Below, piece by piece: positions 50,285 through 62,056 of a stretch of 64,000 bases of DNA. The stretch comes from Gammaproteobacteria bacterium (GTDB lineage Bacteria; Pseudomonadota; Gammaproteobacteria; SZUA-152): assembly GCA_050116575.1 (NCBI GenBank), contig JASFOJ010000005.1, positions 506 through 64,505 of the forward strand, in the 5' to 3' direction. Under the pieces are notes generated by a model, which had not been told where the DNA came from, ran no database searches, and saw nothing but the letters and a program-made list of their open reading frames with translations. The number at the start of each line of letters is the position of its first letter. Positions within the stretch are counted from its first letter, which is position 1. The translations under genes and the position numbers were made by a program.

Positions 50285-50638
50285 ATGAAGCGGGTTAATT
50301 GTTATGTTGTATTGGCAACGATTCTGATTGCGTTGCCGGGTTACGCGGCTGCTTATGAATACAACGCATTTGGCAGCGAGCAAGACGATTGTTTTGCGAA
50401 AGCGATGATTGGTATGGATTCGGTGATCAACTCCCGACTGGGTGTACCGCCGGAGCACGCCGTGGATCTAAACCGGGAAACCCATACTACTGCTACAGCT
50501 TCACCGACATATGACACGGATACGTTGAACGTCATGTTAAACGCCTACCTCTGGAAAGATACACCTCATACCTACGCCGTTCGGGTGTTTTTCAAGTGTG
50601 CCCAGCAAAAAGCATTTAACAAGCAGGCAAAAAACTAA
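50285..50638 (+). CDS. Small secreted hypothetical protein
   Basis: Strong SD (AAAGGAGG), Sec signal ending in AAA, two Cys in the mature part. Confidence 0.7.
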   Translation: MKRVNCYVVLATILIALPGYAAAYEYNAFGSEQDDCFAKAMIGMDSVINSRLGVPPEHAVDLNRETHTTATASPTYDTDTLNVMLNAYLWKDTPHTYAVRVFFKCAQQKAFNKQAKN

Positions 50639-50664
50639 TACAGAATACCGTAGGCGGGAGCGTT

Positions 50665-51159
50665 TTATTTCGGTTTTCTTTCCAGGATGCTGAACGTACA
50701 GCGATAGGGATTTTTGTCGTCTGCGTCATGACGGTGACGTTCCGTTTCGATCCAGCGCTGGGGATCGATAACGGGAAACCAGGCGTCGCCGTCGAAGTCC
50801 GCATCCACTATGGTCATATACAACCTGTCCGCCATCGGCAGGGACTGTTCGTACAATGACATACCGCCGATAATCATCACCTCATCAGCATCACCGCATG
50901 CCTTCAGCGCTTCGTCGATGGAATGGGTTACAATCGCCCCTTGCGCCCGGTAGTTTGCGTCCTGGGTGACAACGATGTTGGTGCGATCCGGCAGCGGCCT
51001 GCCGCCAAAGGATTCAAAGGTGTTCCTGCCCATGACCACCGGTTTGCCCAGTGTGTGGCGGCGGAACCATTTCATGTCCGCGGGCAGCTTCCATGGCAAT
51101 CGGTTGTCGATGCCGATGACCCGGTTTTTGGCCATCGCCCAGATCAGTGAAATTTTCAA
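50665..51159 (-). CDS. folA: Dihydrofolate reductase
   Basis: ISLIWAM..NRVIG..N.LPW.LPAD...F, MGR.TFES, LP.R.N, IIGG, GD.WFP; the likely TTG start overlaps the thyA stop. Confidence 0.94.
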   Translation of the reverse strand: MKISLIWAMAKNRVIGIDNRLPWKLPADMKWFRRHTLGKPVVMGRNTFESFGGRPLPDRTNIVVTQDANYRAQGAIVTHSIDEALKACGDADEVMIIGGMSLYEQSLPMADRLYMTIVDADFDGDAWFPVIDPQRWIETERHRHDADDKNPYRCTFSILERKPK

Positions 51160-51950
51160 ACGGCGACCGGGGCTTTTATGTGAGGATGACATTCGTAACC
51201 CACCAGTTCAAAGTCATCAAAGGAAAAATCAAATACCGATGTGATGTCCGGGTTGAGTTTTATGATCGGCAGGGGGTAGGGTTTGCGCGACAATTGCTGC
51301 TCCGCCTGTTCCAGATGATTCAAGTAAAGGTGGGCATCTCCCAGGGTGTGAATGAATTCACCGGGCGCCAGGTTGGTGACCTGGGCAATCATTAAGGTCA
51401 GCAATGCATAAGAGGCGATATTAAACGGTACGCCCAGAAATATGTCCGCGCTGCGCTGATAGAGCTGGCAGGACAGTTTGCCGTCAGCGACATAAAACTG
51501 GAAAAAAGCATGGCACGGTGGCAACGCCATTTTATCCAGTTCGCCCACATTCCAGGCGCTAACAATGATGCGCCGAGAATCCGGATTGTTGTTGATCTGC
51601 TCGATCACCTGGCTGATTTGATCAATGTGTCTGCCGTCCGGTGCCGGCCAGGATCGCCATTGGTAACCGTAGATCGGGCCCAGGTCGCCATTGTCATCGG
51701 CCCATTCATCCCAGATGGTTACCTTGTTGTCATGCAGGTATTGGGTATTGGTATCGCCTTTCAGGAACCACAGCAGTTCATGGATAATGGAGCGCAAATG
51801 CAGTTTCTTGGTGGTAACCACCGGGAAACCGTCGGCCAGGTTAAAACGCATCTGGTAACCGAAAACGCTCAGTGTCCCCGTTCCGGTACGGTCCGATTTT
51901 TCGGTACCATTGGTTTTAACATGCTGCATTAAGTCAAGATATTGCTTCAT
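51156..51950 (-). CDS. thyA: Thymidylate synthase
   Basis: DRTGTGT, ELLWF, YG.QWR, PDSRR, ALPPCH, QRSAD.FLGVPFN. Confidence 0.97.
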   Translation of the reverse strand: MKQYLDLMQHVKTNGTEKSDRTGTGTLSVFGYQMRFNLADGFPVVTTKKLHLRSIIHELLWFLKGDTNTQYLHDNKVTIWDEWADDNGDLGPIYGYQWRSWPAPDGRHIDQISQVIEQINNNPDSRRIIVSAWNVGELDKMALPPCHAFFQFYVADGKLSCQLYQRSADIFLGVPFNIASYALLTLMIAQVTNLAPGEFIHTLGDAHLYLNHLEQAEQQLSRKPYPLPIIKLNPDITSVFDFSFDDFELVGYECHPHIKAPVAV

Positions 51951-51994
51951 ATTAAAAAGCCCTGGTGGGTTCCCTTCAAATACTCAACAGAAAG

Positions 51995-52795
51995 TTATTT
52001 GTTATTGTTAGGCTCGGCGTTGTGTTTATAGGCCCACCATAATAATCCAATACCCAGTATGATCATAGGTGCTGACAGCAGTTGCCCCATGGTGAGCCAG
52101 CCAAAAGCGATGAATTGTAATTGGGCATCCGGTTGCCGCACGAATTCCACCAAAAAGCGAAACAGCCCGTAAAAAAGGGCAAATACGCCGGATACGGCCA
52201 TGCGCGGCCGTGGTTTTGCCGAATAAAACCAGACGATCAGAAACAGGACGATGCCTTCCAGGAAAAATTCATACAGTTGGGAGGGATGGCGGGGCTGGTT
52301 ACCGGCGCCGGGGAACACCATTCCCCACGGTAAATCCGTGGGCCGCCCCCATAACTCGCCATTGATAAAATTGCCAAGGCGTCCCGCGCCCAGCCCGATG
52401 GGTGCCAGGGGTGCCAGGAAGTCCATGACGGCAAATAACTTGCGTTTTTGTTTCTGCGAATACACGAACATGGCGAACAGCACGCCGAGAAAGCCGCCGT
52501 GAAACGACATGCCGCCTTCCCAGACCCGGAAGACCATTAGCGGGTCGGCGAGAAACCGGTCACCGGCGTAAAACAGGGTGTAACCGATGCGCCCGCCCAG
52601 CACCGCGCCCAGCGCGCCGTAAAAGATGAGATCGGATATCTGTTCCGGCTCCCAGCCCGAGCCCGGCTGTTTGGCACGGCGCAGTCCCAGCCACCAGGCG
52701 GCGGCGAAACCGACGAGATACATAATCCCGTACCAGTGGACTTTCAGCGGTCCCAGGTGGACGGCGACAGGGTCAAATTCCGGGTATGTTAGCAT
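51995..52795 (-). CDS. lgt: Prolipoprotein diacylglyceryl transferase
   Basis: [39 protein letters not shown]; ATG at 52795. Confidence 0.96.
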   Translation of the reverse strand: MLTYPEFDPVAVHLGPLKVHWYGIMYLVGFAAAWWLGLRRAKQPGSGWEPEQISDLIFYGALGAVLGGRIGYTLFYAGDRFLADPLMVFRVWEGGMSFHGGFLGVLFAMFVYSQKQKRKLFAVMDFLAPLAPIGLGAGRLGNFINGELWGRPTDLPWGMVFPGAGNQPRHPSQLYEFFLEGIVLFLIVWFYSAKPRPRMAVSGVFALFYGLFRFLVEFVRQPDAQLQFIAFGWLTMGQLLSAPMIILGIGLLWWAYKHNAEPNNNK

Positions 52796-53002
52796 GGTGA
52801 TTTTCCGACAATTGTTCTTAATATCAGCAAGTTGGATGGTCAGCGCGAGCGGGTTAACGCCAAGGGCCAGATGATACAATGTTTTTCCCTGTCATACGAC
52901 CACAATCCGTATTCCCCCGTTTTCCCCGGTTTCGATGTTTGATGCCACGGTTGGCCCCACTGGCGGGCAATCGGGGCGGTATCTCGGCATTTTGAAAGAA
53001 AT

Positions 53003-54205
53003 CTAGGGTGCTGATTCGTGAATCAGCCTGACCGTGAAACAGCTGAGGTAGGCGGTTTCCGGGATTGCGGGATGACGCGGATGATCGGCGCCAGCGTGAC
53101 CTTCTTCCACCACCTGCAGTTGGTGGCCGCATTGGCGGGCGCAGTCGCGCAGGGTTTTCAGGTGCAGATCACGGGAGAAATGATAGGAACAGGATGCGGA
53201 GATCAGTATACCGTTGTTGTTGGTTACCTGCATGGCCAGCTTGTTCAGCCGCTGGTAGGCGGCAACACCCTGTTTCAGGTCCTTTTTGCGTTTAATAAAG
53301 GCCGGCGGGTCCAGGACGATCAGGTCAAACTTTTTCTTATCCTGTTTTAACCGGTTAAGTGCGTCGAAGGCGTCAGCATTGACAATAGTGACTTTGTCCG
53401 CAACACCATTTTGTTCCGCGTTGGTGGCCAGTAGGTCACAGGCGCTGGCCGACGTTTCAATAGCGGTAACATGTTGGGCGCCCGCCAACGCGGCCTCAAT
53501 TCCCCAGCCGCCAATATAACTGAACACATCCAGCACTTTCGCCTGTTGCGCCCAGCGGGTCATGGCCCGTCGGTTGTCGCGATGGTCATAGAACCAGCCG
53601 GTCTTCTGGCCTTTAAAAGCGGGGAATGTAAAGGTCGCCTGGTTTTCCCTGACCTGTAAACTGTCACCGGGTTGGCCTTTTAAGACATTAACCGACTGTT
53701 CGAGTCCTTCGAGGGTGCGCGTGCCCATATTGTTGTTGACAATAATTACCTCGGGTTGGAGTGCATGCTCGAGCGCCGCGACGATCGCGCTCTGGCGCAT
53801 ATCCATACCCAGCGTGCTTGTCTGCAATACCAGGACATTGTCGAAGCGGTCGACCACCAGCCCCGGCAGTAAATCGCCTTCGCTGTAAACGGCGCGATAA
53901 AACGGTTGCGTGTAGCGCTTGTACCGCAATTGCAGCGCCTGTTCGATACGTGCCTGCAACAGGTCCTGGTCCAGGTCCTGGCGGGTGTCGTGGCTATAGA
54001 GCCGGGCGCAAATCAGTGATTGAGGATTGATGTAGGCATTGCCCAATGGGTTTCCACTTGCACTGGTGACCGTGACAATTTCCCCCGGCGTAAACGCCGT
54101 TAACGGCGTTTCATGGGTATTAACTTCGTTACTGAATACCCACAGGTGGCCGGCGCGAAGTCGGCGTTCCTCGTTTTTTTTCAGTTTCAGTGGCGGATAG
54201 GACAT
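53003..54205 (-). CDS. rlmI: RlmI-family rRNA methyltransferase (PUA + SAM)
   Basis: GH.WVFSNE, SEGD.LPGLVVDRF, GQKTGWFYD.R.NR, LDPPAF, SCS. Confidence 0.85.
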   Translation of the reverse strand: MSYPPLKLKKNEERRLRAGHLWVFSNEVNTHETPLTAFTPGEIVTVTSASGNPLGNAYINPQSLICARLYSHDTRQDLDQDLLQARIEQALQLRYKRYTQPFYRAVYSEGDLLPGLVVDRFDNVLVLQTSTLGMDMRQSAIVAALEHALQPEVIIVNNNMGTRTLEGLEQSVNVLKGQPGDSLQVRENQATFTFPAFKGQKTGWFYDHRDNRRAMTRWAQQAKVLDVFSYIGGWGIEAALAGAQHVTAIETSASACDLLATNAEQNGVADKVTIVNADAFDALNRLKQDKKKFDLIVLDPPAFIKRKKDLKQGVAAYQRLNKLAMQVTNNNGILISASCSYHFSRDLHLKTLRDCARQCGHQLQVVEEGHAGADHPRHPAIPETAYLSCFTVRLIHESAP

Positions 54206-54460
54206 GGGTGTTTACTATTAACAATTAACAACATTCAGTTTGGGGGCAACCCATCAATAAAAGGTTGTATGTCCCGGTATGTGGTAACGGGGTGTATTAT
54301 GCGGCAGCTAACACACAATCACAACGTGGGGATTTGCGGGGCGGTTCGTCGCATATTCATTTGTCAATACTGAAACGGTCGCGGCAAACGTTGTACAATA
54401 GGGTTCTCAAACAACGCAAGCCACTTTCATTCATCAATTCCATCAAGTCAGGACTAATCC

Positions 54461-56509
54461 ATGACCAACCGTCTGGCCAACGAAACCAGCCCTTATCTGT
54501 TGCAACACGCTGACAATCCCGTTGACTGGTATCCCTGGGGCGATGAGGCGCTGAACCTTGCTCGCGACATGGATAAGCCTATATTGCTGTCCATTGGATA
54601 TTCGGCTTGCCATTGGTGCCACGTAATGGCCCATGAATCGTTCGAGAACGAACAAATCGCGCGGGTCATGAACAATCTGTTTATTAACATCAAGGTGGAC
54701 CGCGAGGAACGGCCGGACCTTGATAAAATTTATCAGCTGGCTCACCAGGTATTGACCCAGCGCGGAGGCGGCTGGCCGCTAACGATGATATTAACACCGG
54801 ATGATCAGACGCCGTTTTTCGCCGGGACGTATTTTCCCGCGCAGCCGCGTTACGGTATGCCATCGTTTGTTGAAATACTGACTCGGGTCGAAGGCTTTTA
54901 CCGGGAACGCAAGGAGGAAATCGATCAGCAAAACCATGCCCTCAAAGATGTGCTCCGGCAAATAGACGCCAGCCATACCCTGACGACATCGCCATTGTCG
55001 CCCACGCTATTGGATCAAGCCCGCCGCCAGCTGGAAAGCAGTTATGACGGCCTCTATGGCGGGTTTGGTGAAGCACCGAAATTTCCTCATCCCAGTAATA
55101 TTACCCGCTTGCTGCGGCACTGGTCCGCCACTAACCGCGACGGCAATGCCGATAAAACGGCGCTGGACATGGCATTGACCACATTAAAAACCATGGCCAC
55201 CGGCGGTATCAATGATCAGCTGGGAGGGGGCTTTTGCCGTTACTCTGTGGACCAGGAATGGATGATTCCCCATTTCGAAAAAATGTTGTACGACAATGGT
55301 CCATTGCTGACGTTATACAGCGAAGCCTGGAGTGTTACCCGCGATAGTTTTTATCAAAAAATTACCGAAGAAACCGCCGAATGGGTAATGCGGGAAATGC
55401 AGTCCCCCGAAGGAGGCTACTATTCTTCACTGGACGCCGACAGCGAAGGCGAAGAAGGCCGGTTCTATGTGTGGACACCGGACCAGGTCAAGGCATTTTT
55501 AACCAGCGAAGAATACACGGTATTCAGCCATTATTTTGGCCTGGATCGGCAGCCCAACTTTGAAGGCAAATGGCATTTGCATGTGTATGAGACCCTGGAA
55601 GACACCGCCAGGCACGCCGGTATTAAAGTCGACGAGGCCAGGGAATTACTGACGACGGCACGTCAGAAGCTGTTCCGAGTCCGCGAGGAACGGGTCAGGC
55701 CCGGCCGGGATGAGAAAATCCTTACCGCGTGGAACGGCCTGATGATCAAGGGCATGGCGGCGGCCGGCCGGCGCTTACAACGCGATGACCTGATTCAATC
55801 GGCCGAACGTGCGCTGCAGTTTGTCCGGGACAATCTTTGGGTATCGGGCCGGTTGCTGGCAACCTGCAAAGACGGCAGAGCCCACCTGAACGCCTATCTG
55901 GATGACTATGTGTTCCTAATCGATGCCCTGCTGGAATTGTTGCAGGCGCGCTGGGACAGACAGGATCTGGTATTTGCTATTGAGCTGATGGACGTGGTCC
56001 TTGACGCCTTTGAAGACAAGACCAACGGCGGGTTTTATTTTACCTCCAACGACCATGAAACGCTGATTCAGCGCCCCAAATCATTAATGGATGAGTCGCT
56101 GCCCGCCGGTAATGGTGTTGCCGCCAATATGTTGCTGCGCCTGGGGCATTTATTGGGAGAGAGTCGCTATCTTGATTCGGCGGAGAAAACCCTGAAAGCC
56201 GCCTGGGACAATATGCAGCGCACGCCCTATGCTCACAATACCTTGCTGGATGCGCTGGAAGATTATTTGTACCCGCCACAGGTGATTGTGCTGCGGGGTA
56301 ACCCCCAACCGTTGAGCCAATGGCAGCAACGGGCCACTGGCGATTACGCGCCGCGCCGGCTGGCCATCGCCATCCCCAGCGACGAAACGGGATTGCCCGG
56401 CCTGTTGCAACAACATGAACCGCAGGGCGATGTTATTGCCTACGTTTGCGAAGGGCGCCAGTGCCTGCCACCGGTGACGGATTATGATGCGTTTAACGGG
56501 ATGTTGTAA
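54461..56509 (+). CDS. YyaL/SPATA20-like thioredoxin-domain (DUF255) protein
   Basis: [60 protein letters not shown]. Confidence 0.92.
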   Translation: MTNRLANETSPYLLQHADNPVDWYPWGDEALNLARDMDKPILLSIGYSACHWCHVMAHESFENEQIARVMNNLFINIKVDREERPDLDKIYQLAHQVLTQRGGGWPLTMILTPDDQTPFFAGTYFPAQPRYGMPSFVEILTRVEGFYRERKEEIDQQNHALKDVLRQIDASHTLTTSPLSPTLLDQARRQLESSYDGLYGGFGEAPKFPHPSNITRLLRHWSATNRDGNADKTALDMALTTLKTMATGGINDQLGGGFCRYSVDQEWMIPHFEKMLYDNGPLLTLYSEAWSVTRDSFYQKITEETAEWVMREMQSPEGGYYSSLDADSEGEEGRFYVWTPDQVKAFLTSEEYTVFSHYFGLDRQPNFEGKWHLHVYETLEDTARHAGIKVDEARELLTTARQKLFRVREERVRPGRDEKILTAWNGLMIKGMAAAGRRLQRDDLIQSAERALQFVRDNLWVSGRLLATCKDGRAHLNAYLDDYVFLIDALLELLQARWDRQDLVFAIELMDVVLDAFEDKTNGGFYFTSNDHETLIQRPKSLMDESLPAGNGVAANMLLRLGHLLGESRYLDSAEKTLKAAWDNMQRTPYAHNTLLDALEDYLYPPQVIVLRGNPQPLSQWQQRATGDYAPRRLAIAIPSDETGLPGLLQQHEPQGDVIAYVCEGRQCLPPVTDYDAFNGML

Positions 56510-56515
56510 GAGATG

Positions 56516-56664
56516 TAAACGCAAAGACGCGAAGACGCAGAGTTTAAAAATATCTAAAATATGAGTATCAGCTTGTAAGCTGCAACAATCTTGTTGCTGT
56601 TTGTTGCGTTTTTAAAAAGCCAATGTATTAATTTTTTCTTTGCGTCTTCGCGCCTTTGCGTTAA
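56516..56664. repeat. Inverted-repeat element, second copy of the family
   Basis: Left arm TAAACGCAAAGACGCGAAGACGCAGAG (56516-56542); right arm CTTTGCGTCTTCGCGCCTTTGCGTTAA (56638-56664). Confidence 0.85.
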
Positions 56665-56674
56665 AAATGTCGCT

Positions 56675-57607
56675 TTATATAGAGCGATCAAATTCGAACT
56701 TGAAACGCTCCTCAAAATCGCGAAACGAAAAACTGTGATTTTGCGTCCCGCCTTTTTCGATCTTGATGGCACCCATCAGCGACGCAACACGGCCGGTGGT
56801 TTCCCAATCCATGTCGTTCATTAATCCATAGAGCAGCCCGGCACGGTACGCATCGCCACAGCCGGTAGGATCGACGATCATGCGTGGTGAAGCGCTGGGT
56901 ATTTCAAGGTAGTCGTCCTTGGTGTAAATGATAGAACCGTCACCGCCTTTGGTAATAATTAATGCGTCCAGTGAGGCTGCCAGCTGGTCGACGTTTTGGC
57001 CGGTCTTTTCCTGCATCAGTTGGGCTTCATAATCATTGACCGTGCACCAACTAGCCTGATCAATAAAAGTCAGCAGTTCTTCTCCGCTGAACATGGGCAT
57101 TCCCTGGCCCGGATCAAATATAAACGGTATGCCGGCTTCGGCGAATTCCGCTGCGTGCTGGATCATGCCTTCGCGACCGTCGGGTGAGACGATGCCGATG
57201 GTTGCCCCCTTGGCGTCAAACACGCTGTTGGTATGCGAGAGATTCATAGCGCCGGGGTGAAACGCGGTGATCTGGTTATCGTCCAGGTCGGTGGTGATGA
57301 ATGCCTGGCCGGTATAGGTATCGGCAATAATAGTGAGATGCTCGTCATTGATGTCGCATTCAGTGACCCATTCGCCGTAAGTGCCAAAATCGCTGCCGAC
57401 GGTTGCCATGGGTAGTGCATCGCCGCCCAGCAGGTTCAGGTTATAAGCAATATTACCGGCGCAACCGCCGAATTCGCGGCGCATCTCCGGCACCAGAAAA
57501 GAGATGTTAAGAATATGAACCTGATCGGGGAGGATGTGATTTTTAAAGTGGTCGTTAAACACCATGATGGTGTCATAGGCATAAGACCCACAAATTAATG
57601 CTGACAT
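56675..57607 (-). CDS. PfkB-family carbohydrate/nucleoside kinase (adenosine kinase-like)
   Basis: GS.AYD.IM, FGGCAGNIAYNL, FDPGQ, NDYE, DPTGCGDAYRAG. Confidence 0.88.
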   Translation of the reverse strand: MSALICGSYAYDTIMVFNDHFKNHILPDQVHILNISFLVPEMRREFGGCAGNIAYNLNLLGGDALPMATVGSDFGTYGEWVTECDINDEHLTIIADTYTGQAFITTDLDDNQITAFHPGAMNLSHTNSVFDAKGATIGIVSPDGREGMIQHAAEFAEAGIPFIFDPGQGMPMFSGEELLTFIDQASWCTVNDYEAQLMQEKTGQNVDQLAASLDALIITKGGDGSIIYTKDDYLEIPSASPRMIVDPTGCGDAYRAGLLYGLMNDMDWETTGRVASLMGAIKIEKGGTQNHSFSFRDFEERFKFEFDRSI

Positions 57608-57670
57608 ATTATTTTCCTTACTGTCATTTTATATAGGTTAATTGAAACTGTATTTTAAATGATTGCCATT

Positions 57671-58033
57671 TCAGGTAAAGATGATCATTGCCCAGACAAT
57701 GACAACATTCGCCAGGCTCACGAACACCGCAGCGGACCCGATGTCCTTGGCGCGCCCGGAAAGTTCGTGATGTTCATTGCTGATGCGGTCAACAACGGCC
57801 TCGACGGCGGAATTGAGCAGTTCCACGATCAATACCAGCAGCAGGCTGGCAATAAGTAAAGTGCGCTCAATATTGCTTTGCCCGATATAAAGCGCAACCG
57901 GGGCCAGAATAACCGCCAGCGCCAGTTCCTGGCGAAAGGCTGCTTCGTTTTTAAATGCCGCGGATAGTCCGCGCATGGAATATCCGGCGGCATCGATAAC
58001 GCGCTTGATGCCTGTTGCTCCGGCTTTGCCCAC
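57671..58033 (-). CDS. dgkA: Diacylglycerol kinase
   Basis: YS..GL..A...EAAFRQE, ELLNSAVE.VVD, AKD.GSAAV. Confidence 0.93.
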   Translation of the reverse strand: MGKAGATGIKRVIDAAGYSMRGLSAAFKNEAAFRQELALAVILAPVALYIGQSNIERTLLIASLLLVLIVELLNSAVEAVVDRISNEHHELSGRAKDIGSAAVFVSLANVVIVWAMIIFT

Positions 58034-58039
58034 GATCGG

Positions 58040-59506
58040 TTAGTCCGTTTGTTCTTTGGCTGCCGGTTGCCAGGCGACGTTGATTTCGCGGGCGGCTTTG
58101 ACATCGTCCAGCCGCCGGACCGGCAACGTGTACGGGGCGCCTTTGACCAGGTCCGGGCTCTCGTGGGCTTCCTCATTTATCTTTGTCATGGCATCCACAA
58201 AGTCATCGAGCACCTGTTTGGGTTCGGTTTCCGTGGGTTCTATCAACAGACACTCCGGCACGATCAGCGGGAAATAGGTTGTGGGGGCGTGATGGCCATA
58301 ATCCAGCAGCCGTTTGGCGTAATCCATCGCCGATAACCCGGTTTCCTTCGCCTGGCGCTTCAAGGTCAGGATAAATTCATGGGTGGCCCGTCGCGTGGGT
58401 AATGCCATATCAAAACCGGCTTGCGCCAGTTTTACCATCAGGTAATTACTGTTGAGCGTGGAATACTCGGCAATACGTTTCATGCCTTCCCATCCCAGCA
58501 ACCGGGCGTAAATATACGCCCTCAATAACACCCCCGCATTGCCCATGAAAGCCGACAGGCGGCCGATGGACTGCGGGCAGTCCGCTTCCGTTTTCCACCG
58601 GTATTGTCCGTTGTCGTCGTCCACAAACGGCACCGGCAAAAACGGTAACAGCCGTTCGTTAACCCCAACCGGTCCAGCGCCGGGACCGCCACCACCATGG
58701 GGCGTGGAAAATGTTTTATGCAGGTTCATGTGAATGACATCAAAGCCCATGTCGCCCGGTTTGACCTTGCCGAGAATCGCGTTAAGGTTGGCGCCGTCGT
58801 AGTAAAGCAACCCACCGGCGGCATGAACGATTTCCGCAATGGTGTGGATTTCCCGCTCAAACACGCCCAGGGTGGATGGGTTGGTCAACATGATACCGGC
58901 CGTCTGTGGACCAACCACCGCTTTCAGGGCTTCCAGGTCAACGTCGCCTTCCTTGTTGGTGGGGATCTCTTTCACCTTGTAGCCGCACATGGTGGCGGTG
59001 GCGGGATTGGTGCCATGGGCGGCATCGGGTACCAGAATGTCAGTACGGTCGTTATCACCCTGGGCATCGTGATAGGCGCGGATCATGGCGACGCCGGCAA
59101 ACTCCCCCTGTGCCCCCGCCATGGGAGACAGGCTGACCGCTTTCATGCCGGTGACATCCTTGAGGATTTCCTGCAATTCATACATACACGCCAAAAACCC
59201 CTGGCCCAGTTTTTCAGTGCCGTAAGGATGGCGCTGCACGAAACCCGGCAGCATGGCCAGGCTGTTACAACCGCGGGGATTGTATTTCATGGTGCAGGAA
59301 CCCAGCGGGTAAAAATGGGTATCTATGGAAAAGTTTTTTTGTGACAGCCGCGTGTAATGGCGCACCGTTTCCAGTTCCGATACTTCGGGCAGGGCCGGCG
59401 CCTTACGGCGCAAAAAGCGCTCGGGAATGCCGGTGACTTCCGCGCGCTTAACCGGTGATTGGGCGGCGTTAACGCATCCCGGTGTGCTTTGTTCAAAAAT
59501 CAGCAT
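58040..59506 (-). CDS. gcvPB: Glycine dehydrogenase subunit 2
   Basis: [42 protein letters not shown] (PLP Lys), IEPTETE. Confidence 0.95.
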   Translation of the reverse strand: MLIFEQSTPGCVNAAQSPVKRAEVTGIPERFLRRKAPALPEVSELETVRHYTRLSQKNFSIDTHFYPLGSCTMKYNPRGCNSLAMLPGFVQRHPYGTEKLGQGFLACMYELQEILKDVTGMKAVSLSPMAGAQGEFAGVAMIRAYHDAQGDNDRTDILVPDAAHGTNPATATMCGYKVKEIPTNKEGDVDLEALKAVVGPQTAGIMLTNPSTLGVFEREIHTIAEIVHAAGGLLYYDGANLNAILGKVKPGDMGFDVIHMNLHKTFSTPHGGGGPGAGPVGVNERLLPFLPVPFVDDDNGQYRWKTEADCPQSIGRLSAFMGNAGVLLRAYIYARLLGWEGMKRIAEYSTLNSNYLMVKLAQAGFDMALPTRRATHEFILTLKRQAKETGLSAMDYAKRLLDYGHHAPTTYFPLIVPECLLIEPTETEPKQVLDDFVDAMTKINEEAHESPDLVKGAPYTLPVRRLDDVKAAREINVAWQPAAKEQTD

Positions 59507-59589
59507 TGTGTTTCGTTACCTTGTTAAATAAGTGTAAATTGAATAGTGAAATAAATTTGTGCCAATCCGGACGACATAGGTTGTGAAAA

Positions 59590-60093
59590 TTAGGCGGATA
59601 ACGCGGCCAACGCCGCATCATAGTCCGGTTCCTGGGTAATTTCTTCAACCAGCTCCGCATAAAGGACTCTGTCCTTTTCATCCAGTACCACCACCGCGCG
59701 CGTCATGATGCCCGCCAATGGTCCATCCTGAATCAATACGCCATAGTCCTTGGCGAAGTTGCGGTTTCGCATGCCGGATAACGTAACGATGTTGCTGGTT
59801 TTTTCCGTGTCGCAAAAACGTGTTTGTGCAAACGGCAGGTCGGCGGAAATAATCAGGAAAACCGCGTTATCGTAATCCTTGCCCACCTGGTTGAATTTTT
59901 TTGTGGAAGCGGCGCACACTTCGGTATCCAGGCTGGGGACAATGTTCAGTAATTTCTTTTTACCTTTGAAGTCAGCCAGCGACTTGTCCGCGAGCTTGCC
60001 ATCGGCAAGTTTAAAATCTGGTGCCTGGCTGCCGACTGCCGGCAACTCACCGTTGGTGGAACATTCCATTCCTTTTAATGTGATCTTGGCCAT
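59590..60093 (-). CDS. tpx: Thiol peroxidase (atypical 2-Cys peroxiredoxin)
   Basis: PSLDT.VC, SADLPFAQ.RFC, RAVVV.D, EI..EPDY. Confidence 0.93.
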   Translation of the reverse strand: MAKITLKGMECSTNGELPAVGSQAPDFKLADGKLADKSLADFKGKKKLLNIVPSLDTEVCAASTKKFNQVGKDYDNAVFLIISADLPFAQTRFCDTEKTSNIVTLSGMRNRNFAKDYGVLIQDGPLAGIMTRAVVVLDEKDRVLYAELVEEITQEPDYDAALAALSA

Positions 60094-60152
60094 ATTGTTT
60101 TACCTGTGTTGCTCGTCAATGATCGCCAGCATCAGCGACAATCGATGCAAAC

Positions 60153-61517
60153 CTACGTTCGCGTTTTCAATACGCCGGCAAGCTTGTCCGCGAACAGGGC
60201 AATATCATCGGCGGTTTTGGTTTCCGTGGCGCATACCAGTAACACTTCGCCCAGTTCGGGGTAGTAGGTTTTTACGTCGTAACCCCCCAGCACTCCTTCG
60301 TCCCCCAGCGCTTCAATGACTTCATCCACCGGTGCCGGCAAACGCAACGCGGTTTCATGAAACTCCGGCCGGTTGAATACCGGCGATACCCCATTGATGG
60401 CGCACAACTTGTCTTTTAGTGACATGGTGTTGGCGTGGCTGTTAGCGGCGACCGTTTTCAATCCGGCCGGACCCAGTAACGACATATATATAGTAGCTGC
60501 CGTGGTCATCAACCCCTGGTTGGTGCAAATGTTGGACTTGGCTTTGGAACGGCGAATATGCTGTTCGCGTGCCTGCAGGGTCAGGGTATAACCTTCCTTG
60601 CCATCAAGATCATTGGTTTTGCCGATCAGCCGTCCGGGCATTTGGCGGACGTAGTCATTTTTACAGCACATGAACCCGAAGTAAGGGCCGCCGGAGGACA
60701 ACGGAATTCCCAGGGGTTGTCCTTCACCGCAGGCGATATCGGCACCGTCCTGTCCCCATTCGCCGGGCGGTTTCAACAATGCCAGCGACGTCGGGTTCAC
60801 GGTGGCGATGACCAGCGCATTGTGCTGATGGGCCCAGTCCGTCAGGGCATCGGTTTCTTCCAGCACCCCGAAAAAATTCGGTTGTGGTATGACCAGCGCG
60901 GTGAAGTCACCCGGGTCCGCGGGTAGCGTATCGGGATTGATGTGACCGCCCTGTTGGTCGAAATCCAGTTCCACCAGTTCGATGCCCTGGTTTTTCACGA
61001 TGTTTTGCACCACCTGGCGGTAAGCCGGGTGCACGGTGCGTGGCATGAGAATCCGTTTGCTCTTGGATTTGCGGTTGGCGCGTACTGCCATTAACACCGC
61101 TTCCGCCAACGAAGACGCGCCTTCATACAACGATGCGTTGGAGACGTCCATGGCAGTCAGTTGTGCCATCATGGTCTGGAACTCATAGAGCAGTTGCAAC
61201 GTCCCCTGGCTGGCTTCGGCCTGGTATGGTGTATAGGCAGTATAGTATTCACCGCGGGTGGTCAATTCCCAGACTGCCGCCGGAATGTGGTGCTCGTAAG
61301 CGCCGGCCCCGAGAAAGCACAATACCGTGGGATCGCTGGCGGCCCGTTGGTTCATCAGTCGCGCCACTTCCATTTCGCTCATGCGCTCCGGCACATGGTC
61401 GAGGTTTTCCCGTCGCAGTACCGCGGGGATTTCGTCGAACAGTTGGTCAATTGTCTCGACACCAATGGTATCGAGCATCTGTGTTACTTCTTCGTCTGTA
61501 TGAGGAATAAAAGGCAT
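60153..61517 (-). CDS. gcvPA: Glycine dehydrogenase subunit 1
   Basis: [49 protein letters not shown]. Confidence 0.95.
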   Translation of the reverse strand: MPFIPHTDEEVTQMLDTIGVETIDQLFDEIPAVLRRENLDHVPERMSEMEVARLMNQRAASDPTVLCFLGAGAYEHHIPAAVWELTTRGEYYTAYTPYQAEASQGTLQLLYEFQTMMAQLTAMDVSNASLYEGASSLAEAVLMAVRANRKSKSKRILMPRTVHPAYRQVVQNIVKNQGIELVELDFDQQGGHINPDTLPADPGDFTALVIPQPNFFGVLEETDALTDWAHQHNALVIATVNPTSLALLKPPGEWGQDGADIACGEGQPLGIPLSSGGPYFGFMCCKNDYVRQMPGRLIGKTNDLDGKEGYTLTLQAREQHIRRSKAKSNICTNQGLMTTAATIYMSLLGPAGLKTVAANSHANTMSLKDKLCAINGVSPVFNRPEFHETALRLPAPVDEVIEALGDEGVLGGYDVKTYYPELGEVLLVCATETKTADDIALFADKLAGVLKTRT

Positions 61518-61617
61518 TGTTCAGTTACTTCGTATCGTTTTACTGTTTACGATTTGCGTTACTCAGTTAAACAGTAGTTAATAAAAACCGTTACCGGCGG
61601 ACGGCGGATGTTGATGA

Positions 61618-62013
61618 TCAGTGTGATTCTTCCTGGGTGATTTCCAGGTAGCTTTCCGGTGATAACAGTTCTTCGGTTTCGCCGGTATCGTTGGGTTTCA
61701 GCTTGAACAGCCAGCCGTCACCGTAGGGATCCTGGTTGACCATTTCCGGTGCGTCGATAATGGCTTCGTTGGTTTCGGTGATTTCACCGGACACCGGGCA
61801 GTAAACATCGGACGCGGCTTTGACCGATTCCACCACGGCGCAATCGTCGCCGGTATTACAGGCAGTGCCGGCTTCGGGCAGCTCAATGAACACCATGTCA
61901 CCCAGCAGGCCCTGGGCGTGATCGGTGATACCCACGGTGATGGAGCCGTCAGCCTCCTGTTTTACCCATTCGTGGGTTTTGGTGTATTTCAAATCGTCTG
62001 GAATGTTACTCAT
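61618..62013 (-). CDS. gcvH: Glycine cleavage system H protein
   Basis: Y...[21 protein letters not shown] (lipoyl Lys), N.DPY..GW. Confidence 0.96.
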   Translation of the reverse strand: MSNIPDDLKYTKTHEWVKQEADGSITVGITDHAQGLLGDMVFIELPEAGTACNTGDDCAVVESVKAASDVYCPVSGEITETNEAIIDAPEMVNQDPYGDGWLFKLKPNDTGETEELLSPESYLEITQEESH

Positions 62014-62056
62014 ATTAATATCCCCATACGTTGGTTTTGATCATATTCAATAATAG

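Noticed and set aside
45322-56664. Possible CRISPR array or composite transposon defined by the ACGCAAAG repeats
   Set aside because: The repeats are locally paired inverted arms, not regularly spaced direct repeats. There are no cas or transposase genes, and core genes (thyA, folA, lgt) lie between the copies.
61520-61580. Weak ~7-nt periodicity (TTTACTG/TTTACGA) between gcvH and gcvPA
   Set aside because: Too short and degenerate to distinguish from AT-rich spacer sequence.
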